Assembly (NCBI GenBank): GCA_963642325.1
Contig: CAVIGE010000004.1
Coordinates: forward strand, 9,057-73,056
Origin: Prevotella sp. CAG:279
Lineage (GTDB): Bacteria > Bacillota > Clostridia > Lachnospirales > Lachnospiraceae
Reading direction: 5' to 3'
DNA length: 64,000 nt
The position numbers and the translations under genes were made by a program. The notes beneath the pieces are model-generated. The model was given only the letters and a program-made list of their open reading frames with translations, made no database searches and was not told the DNA's origin. This document shows, one piece after another, positions 1 to 9,970 of the stretch (position 1 is the first letter of the stretch; the number at the start of each line of letters is the position of its first letter).

Positions 1-1
1 C

Positions 2-1318
<1,317 letters not shown>

Positions 1319-1372
1319 GAAGAAAGTTTGGTAAGATTCGGTTGTTATAAAGAAGTCAGGAGTACACTGGGG

Positions 1373-1413
1373 GGCTGGTGCAGAAGAGATTCTGCACTAG
1401 CCTCTGGTTTTTT
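1373..1413 (+). terminator. Intrinsic terminator after eno
   Basis: GGCTGGTGCAGAA-GAGA-TTCTGCACTAGCC hairpin followed by a T-rich tract. Confidence 0.75.
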
Positions 1414-1516
1414 ACTGCCTTTTTTTGGATAAAAATAATGTTGCCAGATTTGATAAAATAGTATATGATGTTTAACAGTTGCGTGAAAAGAATAAAAATT
1501 GAATATTGGAGATGCT

Positions 1517-2293
1517 ATGAAAGAATACGTAAATACTTTTCTACATTACCGGTTTCTCCTGTGGGAGCTTGTAAAAAAAGGAATTAAACTGAAGTACAGA
1601 CGTTCCTATCTTGGTATTGTCTGGTCGCTTCTGGAGCCGTTGCTTACCATGATCGTACTGACTATCGTATTCGGTACTCTGTTCGGGAATAAGGATCATA
1701 CATTTCCTGTATATATTCTGACAGGCCGTTTGCTGTACAGCTATTTTTCCAGTGCAACATCACGGGCATTGAAGTCGGTCAGAGCTAATGCGGGAATGAT
1801 CAAGAAGGTTTATGTGCCCAAGTATATTTATCCGTTGTCCAGTGTACTTTATAATTATGTGATCTTTCTGATTTCACTGATCGTGCTTGCTATTGTAAGT
1901 GCTGTACTGGGGATTCAGCCAACGGTTTATATGCTTCAGATACCGATTGCGTTGATACTGGTGTTTTTGCTTTCATATGGTATTGGAATGATTCTTGCTA
2001 CAATTGGAGTATTCTTCAGAGATATGGAATATCTGTGGTCAGTAGCACTGATGGTGATCATGTATACCTGCGCGATCTTCTATTATCCATCCAGACTCCT
2101 CAAGAGTGGCTTCGCATGGATACTGAAATTTAATCCGCTGTACTGTACGATCAGTATTTTCCGTTCTGCCATGTTTGGCGAGTTGATGAATATGCATTAT
2201 TTTGCATATGCACTGGGCTTCAGCGTGGTAACGATCCTGATCGGAATGCTCTGCTTCAAGAAAAAGCAGGATGATTTTATACTTTATATATAA
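1517..2293 (+). CDS. ABC-2 type polysaccharide/teichoic acid export permease (Wzm/TagG family)
   Basis: KLKYRRSYLGIVWSLLEP and FNPLY motifs, multi-TM; start moved to ATG after GGAG. Confidence 0.88.
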   Translation: MKEYVNTFLHYRFLLWELVKKGIKLKYRRSYLGIVWSLLEPLLTMIVLTIVFGTLFGNKDHTFPVYILTGRLLYSYFSSATSRALKSVRANAGMIKKVYVPKYIYPLSSVLYNYVIFLISLIVLAIVSAVLGIQPTVYMLQIPIALILVFLLSYGIGMILATIGVFFRDMEYLWSVALMVIMYTCAIFYYPSRLLKSGFAWILKFNPLYCTISIFRSAMFGELMNMHYFAYALGFSVVTILIGMLCFKKKQDDFILYI

Positions 2294-2316
2294 TTGCGGA
2301 TTTACAGGAGAAAAAA

Positions 2317-3054
2317 ATGGAAAAACCGGCAGTTGTAGTAGACAACGTAAGTATGAAATTTAATCTTAGTAAAGAAAAGGTTGATAACCTGAAAGACTAT
2401 GTGATTAAATTTATAAAAAAAGAAATTAAATATAATGAATTCTGGGCACTTCAGAATGTAAAGTTTGAAGTTAAGAAGGGAGACCGTGTTGGCATCCTGG
2501 GCTTGAATGGAGCAGGAAAAAGTACGCTGCTTAAAGTAATCTCAGGTGTATTCAAGCCAACGGAGGGAAGAGTTATCCGGAATGGAAGACTGGTACCGCT
2601 TCTTGAGCTTGGTGCAGGATTTGACCCACAGTATACAGGCCGCGAGAATATTTATCTTTACGGCGCCATGCTTGGATATTCCAAGAAATTCATCGAAGAG
2701 AGGTTTGAAGAGATCGTTGAATTCTCGGAGCTGAAAGAGTTTATTGATGTACCGATCAAAAATTACTCTTCCGGTATGAAAGCGAGACTTGGATTTTCCA
2801 TTGCAACACTGGTATCACCGGACATCCTGATCCTGGATGAGGTACTTTCTGTAGGAGATGCCAAGTTCAGGAAAAAGAGTGAGAAAAAGGTTCTCGGCAT
2901 GTTTGATAAGGGAGTCACTGTTTTGTTTGTGTCACATTCTCTGCAGCAGGTTCAGCGTCTTTGTAACAAGGCAATGATCCTGGAAAAGGGAAAGCTGATC
3001 GCATACGGTGATATTGATGAGATTTCAGCGAAGTATGAGAAAATGATCGAATAA
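2317..3054 (+). CDS. ABC polysaccharide/teichoic acid export ATPase (Wzt/TagH family)
   Basis: Walker A GLNGAGKST, YSSGMKARLGF signature, ILDEVLSVGD. Confidence 0.9.
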   Translation: MEKPAVVVDNVSMKFNLSKEKVDNLKDYVIKFIKKEIKYNEFWALQNVKFEVKKGDRVGILGLNGAGKSTLLKVISGVFKPTEGRVIRNGRLVPLLELGAGFDPQYTGRENIYLYGAMLGYSKKFIEERFEEIVEFSELKEFIDVPIKNYSSGMKARLGFSIATLVSPDILILDEVLSVGDAKFRKKSEKKVLGMFDKGVTVLFVSHSLQQVQRLCNKAMILEKGKLIAYGDIDEISAKYEKMIE

Positions 3055-3178
3055 AAGAAAATAACTATTACAAGTAAACAGTGAATGATATATAACAGGG
3101 CAGGGTAGCCAGACGATTTGCAGGAATTTATGCAAAGGTCTGGCTATTATGCTATTGAGACTTAGGGAGGGAAAATAG

Positions 3179-4489
3179 ATGAAAAATAAATTATATCTGG
3201 AATGCACTTCCGGAATCAGTGGGGATATGACGGTTGCAGCACTTCTTGACCTGGGTGCGAGCAGGGAGAAGCTTGAGAAAGCTTTGAACAGTCTTTCTGT
3301 AAAAGGATTTGATATTAAGATCAGCCGTGTCGTGAAATCCGGGATCGATGCCTGTGATTTCGATGTCCTGCTGGATAAGGAGCACGAGAATCATGACCAT
3401 GATATGGGATATCTGCATGGACATGCGGATAAGGTTCATGCTTCTCATACACATACGGCAGAGGCTCATTCCCATCATGGACACCATCATCATGAACATC
3501 GTGGCCTTAATGAGATCCTAACGATCATTGACCGTGCAGATATGACAGAGCGTGCCAGAGCCTATGCGAAAAGAATTTTCACCATCCTTGCCGGGGCAGA
3601 GGCAAAAGCCCATAATGTACCGGCTGATCAGGTTCATTTCCATGAGGTGGGTGCGGTGGATTCCATAGTGGATATTCTTTCTGTGGCAGTCTGCATGGAT
3701 GACCTGGATGTGGAAGAGGTGATCGTTCCAAGAATTTGTGAGGGGAGCGGAACCATCCGCTGCCAGCATGGAATCCTTCCGGTTCCAGTTCCGGCCGTAA
3801 GTAATATCGTAAGTGCTCATCATCTGAAGCTGCACATTACGCCGATCCAGGGAGAGCTGGTAACACCCACCGGAGCAGCCATCGTTGCAGCATTTCTTAC
3901 CTCTGAGAAGCTTCCGGAGGATTTTACGGTGGAAAAGATTGGTATTGGAGCGGGCAAACGGCAGTACGAATGCCCGGGACTCCTTCGGGCCATGCTGATC
4001 CGGGAGGCTGAGAGAGAGAACGTTTTGAACGCAGAAACTGACACCATTGTTAAGCTGGAATCCAATATTGATGACTGCACAGGGGAAACGCTCGGTTATG
4101 TAATGGAAATTCTTTATAAGGCAGGAGCCAGGGAAGCCAATTATATGCCTGTATTTATGAAGAAAAACCGTCCGGCATGGCTTCTGACAGTTATTTGTAA
4201 GAAAGACCAGGCTTCAGAGATGGAAAGAATCATTTTTAAGGAGACTACAACGATCGGAATCCGCCGTCAGGAAATGGAGCGCACCATCCTGAAAAGAGAA
4301 AAGCGCACTGTCCTGACACCACTGGGAGAAGTGGAGGTGAAGGTCTGCACCTTTGATGGCCGAGAATATATTTATCCGGAATATGAAAGCGTAAAAAAGC
4401 TTTGCGAAAAAACAGGAGTTTCTTACATGGAAGCTTATCATGTGACTGTGAACGGAGTGAACAGTAATAGCAGTAACCTTATCATGTGA
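3179..4489 (+). CDS. larC: Nickel pincer cofactor nickel insertase LarC (fused LarC1/C2, His-rich)
   Basis: SGISGDM, HFHEVGAVDSIVD, ELVTPTGAAI, ESNIDD, MKKNRP and ETTTIGIR motifs; His-rich segment. Confidence 0.92.
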   Translation: MKNKLYLECTSGISGDMTVAALLDLGASREKLEKALNSLSVKGFDIKISRVVKSGIDACDFDVLLDKEHENHDHDMGYLHGHADKVHASHTHTAEAHSHHGHHHHEHRGLNEILTIIDRADMTERARAYAKRIFTILAGAEAKAHNVPADQVHFHEVGAVDSIVDILSVAVCMDDLDVEEVIVPRICEGSGTIRCQHGILPVPVPAVSNIVSAHHLKLHITPIQGELVTPTGAAIVAAFLTSEKLPEDFTVEKIGIGAGKRQYECPGLLRAMLIREAERENVLNAETDTIVKLESNIDDCTGETLGYVMEILYKAGAREANYMPVFMKKNRPAWLLTVICKKDQASEMERIIFKETTTIGIRRQEMERTILKREKRTVLTPLGEVEVKVCTFDGREYIYPEYESVKKLCEKTGVSYMEAYHVTVNGVNSNSSNLIM

Positions 4490-4493
4490 CTGT
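4434..4493. repeat. Short palindromic element inserted in larC 3' end with duplicated flank
   Basis: CTTATCATGTGACTGT at 4434-4449 and 4478-4493, enclosing ...CTGTGAACGGAGTGAACAGTAA... Confidence 0.8.
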
Positions 4494-4608
4494 ACGGGGA
4501 TAATGCTCTTGACACATTTCCAAAAAGACTATATAAATGTATATAGAATATTTGCAGCAGAGAATAGTTGAGCTGTGACGTAATAAGGGTGGAAGCAGGA
4601 GAAAATTT

Positions 4609-5637
4609 ATGGCGGTAACGATACAGCAGATTGCAGAACAGGCAGGAGTTTCCAGGGGAACCGTAGACAGGGCATTAAATCACAGAGGCCGGATCAATCC
4701 GGAGGTGGCAGAGAGGATTTGCCGGCTGGCAGAAGAGATGGGATATGTACAGAAAGAACGGAAACGTTCCAGAAGCGCGAAGGATCAGCAGATAAAGATT
4801 GGTGTTGTCACTCAGCTGGCCAGATCTTCCTTTATGCAGGAGGTGAACAGAGGCATTGAGAAGGCGGCATGGGAACTTAAGGAAAAAGGGATCCAGCTGA
4901 TTCTGAAAGAGGGTCTGTCTGTTGATGAGGAAGAACAGCTCCAGGCGATCGAAGAGCTGGAAAAAGAAGGAATACGGGGCCTTGCAGTGATGCCCGTGGA
5001 CAGTGAAGCTGTCCGGGAGAAGCTGAATTTTCTTATTGAGGAGAAGAATATCCCGGTTGTTACCTTTAACTCTGATATCGTTGGAACAAGAAGAGTATGT
5101 TTCGTAGGGATGGATAACCGCAAGAGTGGCCGTACAGCAGCAGGACTTTTGGGGATGCTTACCAGAGGAAGCGGAAAGATTCTTATCATCACCGGATATT
5201 TCAGTAACCATGTTGATAACCAGCGGGTGGATGGATTTGTTGAGGAAGCCAAGAAAGCTTTTCCTAATCTGGAGATCGCAGGGGTTCATGGAAGTTTCGA
5301 TGAGGCGGCAGAAGTAGAGCATATTATAGAGAATACCATGATGAGTACCTCCGGGATCAGCGGAATCCTGGTGGTATCCGGCGGGCAGGCAGGTGTGGGA
5401 AAAGCCTTTGAGAAGCTGAGCCTGGATCGCAGACCCTATGTTGTGATCTATGACCAGACACCCAGGAATGAACGTGCACTGAAGAATGATTTCGTTGATT
5501 TCCTCATTGACCAGAATGGATATGTCCAGGGCTATGAGCCGCCAAGGATCCTCTCGGATATTTTGATGAAGAGGCAGGGGCCGGAGCGGGAATATCTTTT
5601 TACCGATATCAAGATCAAAACCAAATATAATCTGTGA
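4609..5637 (+). CDS. LacI-family transcriptional regulator
   Basis: TIQQIAEQAGVSRGTVDRAL HTH plus periplasmic-binding-fold sensor domain; TTGACA promoter at 4509. Confidence 0.9.
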   Translation: MAVTIQQIAEQAGVSRGTVDRALNHRGRINPEVAERICRLAEEMGYVQKERKRSRSAKDQQIKIGVVTQLARSSFMQEVNRGIEKAAWELKEKGIQLILKEGLSVDEEEQLQAIEELEKEGIRGLAVMPVDSEAVREKLNFLIEEKNIPVVTFNSDIVGTRRVCFVGMDNRKSGRTAAGLLGMLTRGSGKILIITGYFSNHVDNQRVDGFVEEAKKAFPNLEIAGVHGSFDEAAEVEHIIENTMMSTSGISGILVVSGGQAGVGKAFEKLSLDRRPYVVIYDQTPRNERALKNDFVDFLIDQNGYVQGYEPPRILSDILMKRQGPEREYLFTDIKIKTKYNL

Positions 5638-5747
5638 CAGGCCGTTCGGCAAAAGGTCACACAGAAAAGTATGCAGGACATGCCGGGGTTTTATAAGGTG
5701 GTATGATGTAAATTAATAAGACGGAGGCATTGCAATGGCTGAAAGAG

Positions 5748-5778
5748 GCTCTGACTGTAAATGGTCAGAGCTTTTTTT
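5748..5778 (+). terminator. Intrinsic terminator
   Basis: GCTCTGACT-GTAAAT-GGTCAGAGC then T7. Confidence 0.8.
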
Positions 5779-5918
5779 GTTCTTACAATAAAGCGTGCTA
5801 TTGGCGTGCTATAAATAAAAGCACGTATATGCACATGTTGATAATAGACACTTTTACCAAAATAAAATGAATAAAATTGTACAGAATAACAGAAAACAAC
5901 GAAAGTGAAAAGAAGTAC

Positions 5919-5947
5919 TTGCTCAATCTGGAAAAGAGTGCTATATT
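5919..5947 (+). promoter_or_regulatory. Sigma-A promoter of iolCDB operon
   Basis: TTGCTC-17 bp-TATATT with TG extension. Confidence 0.6.
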
Positions 5948-6059
5948 AACACCATAAGGAACACGCAAGAAAGCACGCGCAATAAAAGCAAAAGCACGCA
6001 AAGCAAAAACACACAAAAAAGAAGCAAAAATAAACCATCAAACAAACGGAGGTAAGATC

Positions 6060-7094
6060 ATGAAGTATATCGAATTTGATGAATCCAGACCAATGGACCT
6101 GATACTCCTTGGAAGAGTGGCCATTGATTTCAACCCTGCTTACAACGATCAGGTGAAGGAAGAGTTCAAACCCCTGAAGAAGGTGCATATGTTTGAGAAA
6201 TTCGTAGGAGGATCTCCTGCAAACATCGCCGTAGGTGTTACCAGACATGGCCTGAAGGCAGGATTCATCGGAAAGGTTTCTGATGATCAGTTCGGTGAGT
6301 ATGTTGTAGATTATTTTGATGAGAGAGGAATCGACACCTCACAGATCACAAAATGTACAAATGGGGAGAAACTGGGACTTACCTTTACCGAGATGCTTTC
6401 ACCGAAGGAAAGTAGTATCCTGATGTACCGCAACCGCATCGCAGACCTGCAGCTTCATGTAGACGATATCCATGAGGACTACATCAAGAATGCAAAAGCA
6501 ATCCTTATTTCCGGAACTGCCCTTGCAGAAAGCCCGTCAAGAGAAGCAGCAATTAAAGCTGTTATGCTTGCAAAGAAAGTAAACACAAAAATCATCTTTG
6601 ATATCGATTACAGAGAATACAACTGGAAGAACGCAGATGAGATTTCCATCTACTATTCCATCGTAGCCAAGGAAGCTGACATCATCATGGGCTCCAGAGA
6701 AGAATTTGACCTCACAGAGAAGCTGATCAAAGAAGGCATGACCGATGAGGAGAGCGCAGCTTACTGGCAGGCAAAGAACGCCAAGATCGTTGTGATCAAA
6801 CATGGTATGAAAGGTTCCACAGCATACACCATCGACGGACAGAAATTCAGCATCAAGCCATTCCCGGTTGAGGCAAGAAAAGGTTTCGGCGGCGGTGACG
6901 GATACGGCTCGGGATTCCTGTATGGACTGTATCAGGGATGGGAGATCATCGACTGCCTGGAATTCGGTTCCGCTGAGGCATCCATGATGGTTAAGAGCAA
7001 TAACTGCTCCGATTCCCTTCCGGGACCGGATGAGGTTCACGCATTTATTAAAGAAGAAAAAGAAAAATTCGGCGAAATGATAGCAAGAGTATAA
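6060..7094 (+). CDS. iolC: 5-dehydro-2-deoxygluconokinase
   Basis: PfkB kinase with GGSPANIA, DIDYR and GFGGGDGY; adjacent to iolD/iolB. Confidence 0.92.
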   Translation: MKYIEFDESRPMDLILLGRVAIDFNPAYNDQVKEEFKPLKKVHMFEKFVGGSPANIAVGVTRHGLKAGFIGKVSDDQFGEYVVDYFDERGIDTSQITKCTNGEKLGLTFTEMLSPKESSILMYRNRIADLQLHVDDIHEDYIKNAKAILISGTALAESPSREAAIKAVMLAKKVNTKIIFDIDYREYNWKNADEISIYYSIVAKEADIIMGSREEFDLTEKLIKEGMTDEESAAYWQAKNAKIVVIKHGMKGSTAYTIDGQKFSIKPFPVEARKGFGGGDGYGSGFLYGLYQGWEIIDCLEFGSAEASMMVKSNNCSDSLPGPDEVHAFIKEEKEKFGEMIARV

Positions 7095-7112
7095 AGAAAA
7101 GGAGTGGAAAAA

Positions 7113-9044
7113 ATGGCTAAGACAGTAAGAATGACAACTGCACAGGCAATTGTAAAATTCCTGGATAATCAGTATGTTTCCATGGACGGAGTGGAGACAA
7201 AATTTGTAGAAGGATTTTTCACAATCTTCGGACACGGCATTGCCGTAGGACTTGGCGAGGCACTGGATACCAACCCGGGCCAGTTAAAAGTCCTTCAGGG
7301 AAGAAATGAGCAGGGTATGTGCCACGTTGCGACTGCTTTTGCGAAACAGAATAACCGTAAGAAGATCATTGCATGTGCTTCCTCCATCGGACCTGGAGCT
7401 GCAAACATGGTAACAGCCTGCGCAACTGCTACTGTAAATAATATTCCGCTTCTTGTATTCCCGGCAGATACTTTTGCATCCCGCCAGCCAGACCCAGTTC
7501 TTCAGCAGCTGGAGCAGAGCAGCAGCCTTGCCATCAGCACAAACGATGCATTCAAACCGGTCTGCAAATACTGGGACAGAATCACAAGACCGGAGATGGT
7601 TATGACAGCTCTTATCAATGCCATGAGAGTTCTTACAGATCCGGCTGAAACAGGTGCATGCTGCATCGCACTTTGTCAGGATGTTGAGGGTGAGTCCTTT
7701 GACTTCCCGGAGTACTTCTTCAAGAAGAGAGTACACAGAATCACAAGACCGGTTGCAGTAGACGAAGAGCTTGAGGATGTGGCAGAGATCATCGCGGGAG
7801 CTAAAAAACCACTTATCGTTGTCGGTGGTGGTGTCCGTTACTCAGAGGCAGGAGAAACGGTTGAGAAATTCTGCGAGGAGTTCAAGATCCCGTTTGGAGA
7901 GACACAGGCCGGAAAGAGTGCCTGCCAGTCCAGCAACCCGTACTGCCTTGGCGGTATTGGTGTAACAGGAACCTATGCTTCCAATATCATCGGTAAAGAT
8001 GCAGATGTGGTAATTTCCATCGGTTCCAGAATGTCTGACTTTACAACAAGCTCCAAGCATCTGTTCCAGAATGAGGATGTTCAGTTCGTAAGCATCAACA
8101 ACTGCAGATTCCATGCATACAAGATGGATGCAGTAAAAGCAGTCGGCGATGCAAAGGTTACCGTAGAAGCACTTGCAGAGAAGCTTCGTGCAAGAGGATA
8201 TAAATCTGCATATACGGATGAGATCGAGAAAGCAAAAGATGCATGGGATAAAGAGATGGAGCGTCTTGGAAGTATCGAGTATACAGGAGATGATTTTGAG
8301 CCGTTGATCAAGGCAAGAGATCCACGTACCATCCCGGAGTATGTAAAGCTTACAAACGGAAAGATCACACAGACAGCAGCACTTGCTGCGATCAACAGAA
8401 CAATCGACAAAGACGCAACGATCATCACAGCAGGCGGTTCTCTTCCAAGCTGTATGCAGCGTATGTGGAGAACAGACAAACGTGGTGGATACCATGCTGA
8501 GTACGGATATTCCTGCATGGGCTATGAGGTTGCCGCTACCCTTGGCGTGAAATTTGCAGAGCCGGATAATGAAGTATACTGCGTAGTTGGAGACTCCAGC
8601 TTCCAGATGCTCCACAGCGAGATCATGACCATCATGCAGGAGAGACAGAAAGTCAACATCATGATCTTTGATAACTGCGGATTTGGCTGCATCAACAACC
8701 TTGAGATGAACCACGGAATCGGAAGCCTTGCAACAGAGTTCCGTTACACAGATGGCAAGAAGCCGACCGGAGACCTGATCCCTGTAGATTATGCAAAAGT
8801 TGGCGAAGGCTATGGCCTGAAAACATACACCTGCCGTACCATCCAGGAACTCATCGATGCTCTGGAAGATGCCAAGAAACAGGAGATTGCATGCCTCTTT
8901 GATCTCAAAGTTATCCCGAAGACCATGACGGACGGATATGAGTCCTGGTGGGATGTGGGAATTGCGACAACATCTGAGAAAGAAAGCGTAAGAAAGGCCT
9001 GCGAGGGAGTTATGAAAGGCCGTGAAGAGGCAAGACTGTACTAA
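7113..9044 (+). CDS. iolD: 3D-(3,5/4)-trihydroxycyclohexane-1,2-dione acylhydrolase
   Basis: RMTTAQA, IFGHG, RNEQGM, EYGYSCMGYE, TPP-binding VGDSSF and ESWWDV motifs. Confidence 0.95.
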   Translation: MAKTVRMTTAQAIVKFLDNQYVSMDGVETKFVEGFFTIFGHGIAVGLGEALDTNPGQLKVLQGRNEQGMCHVATAFAKQNNRKKIIACASSIGPGAANMVTACATATVNNIPLLVFPADTFASRQPDPVLQQLEQSSSLAISTNDAFKPVCKYWDRITRPEMVMTALINAMRVLTDPAETGACCIALCQDVEGESFDFPEYFFKKRVHRITRPVAVDEELEDVAEIIAGAKKPLIVVGGGVRYSEAGETVEKFCEEFKIPFGETQAGKSACQSSNPYCLGGIGVTGTYASNIIGKDADVVISIGSRMSDFTTSSKHLFQNEDVQFVSINNCRFHAYKMDAVKAVGDAKVTVEALAEKLRARGYKSAYTDEIEKAKDAWDKEMERLGSIEYTGDDFEPLIKARDPRTIPEYVKLTNGKITQTAALAAINRTIDKDATIITAGGSLPSCMQRMWRTDKRGGYHAEYGYSCMGYEVAATLGVKFAEPDNEVYCVVGDSSFQMLHSEIMTIMQERQKVNIMIFDNCGFGCINNLEMNHGIGSLATEFRYTDGKKPTGDLIPVDYAKVGEGYGLKTYTCRTIQELIDALEDAKKQEIACLFDLKVIPKTMTDGYESWWDVGIATTSEKESVRKACEGVMKGREEARLY

Positions 9045-9060
9045 TCTGGGAGGTAAGGAA

Positions 9061-9846
9061 ATGAGTAAAGTATTTGGTTATCCGGAATATGACGAAAAAG
9101 GCGAGAAAATTCTTACAACATACGATAATGAGTACAAGGCCATGATGATGGACATCCGTGTTTACCGTATGAAAGCAGGAGAGACAAGAACATTTTTAAG
9201 AGAGGGTGAGGAGACAGCAGTTCTTCTCCTCTTCGGAAACATTACTTATAAATGGAACGGAAACGAACAGGCAGCAACAAGAAAAGACGTATTTACAGAG
9301 GGGCCATGGTGTGTTCACGGATGCACAGGAACTGAGATTACAGTCGTTGCAAACGCTGAGTCACAGATCCTTGTCCAGTGTACAAAGAACGAGAAGGATT
9401 TTGGTGCAAGACTCTACAAACCGGAAGATGCTCCGTGGGGATATTCCAGCGTAGGCAAATTCGGAAACGTTGCCAAGAGAAGAGTAAATACTATTTTTGA
9501 TCATGATATTTCACCGGATTCCAATATGGTACTTGGTGAGGTTCTCAATGACAGAGGAAACTGGTCCGGATATCTGCCGCACAGACATCCGCAGCCGGAG
9601 ACATACTTCTTCAAGTTCGACCATCCGGAAGGATTCGGAGCAAGCTTTGTAGGAGATCAGGTATTCAAGAGTACAGACGAGAGCTTTTCTGCAATTCCCG
9701 GCGGCGAGCTTCATCCACAGGCTGTTGCGCCTGGATATCAGATGTACACATGCTGGATGATCCGCCATATTGATGGAAATCCGTGGCTGCAGACAGACCG
9801 CTGCGAGGATGAGAGATATACCTGGCTTCATGATGCAGAGTTTTAA
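9061..9846 (+). CDS. iolB: 5-deoxy-glucuronate isomerase
   Basis: GNWSGYLPHRH, ETYFFKF and HPQAVAPGY cupin motifs; GGAGG RBS. Confidence 0.9.
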   Translation: MSKVFGYPEYDEKGEKILTTYDNEYKAMMMDIRVYRMKAGETRTFLREGEETAVLLLFGNITYKWNGNEQAATRKDVFTEGPWCVHGCTGTEITVVANAESQILVQCTKNEKDFGARLYKPEDAPWGYSSVGKFGNVAKRRVNTIFDHDISPDSNMVLGEVLNDRGNWSGYLPHRHPQPETYFFKFDHPEGFGASFVGDQVFKSTDESFSAIPGGELHPQAVAPGYQMYTCWMIRHIDGNPWLQTDRCEDERYTWLHDAEF

Positions 9847-9970
9847 AAACGGAGATTGTAAATAACAGGCAGCAGGATGAGGAGAAGGCTGCTGTCCATG
9901 GAGGAGTGGACAGTGGCAGGCCTGCTGCGATTATGAAAGAGATTGTACTGACTGAAGGGAGATTTTGACA

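Noticed and set aside
3061..3096. Further degenerate repeat copies (also near 4551-4570)
   Set aside because: Only 7-9 bp of similarity to the repeat ends; not distinguishable from chance.
5941..6030. CRISPR-like or coding tandem repeat
   Set aside because: Units are 6-9 bp and irregular, with no spacers; no cas genes in the window.
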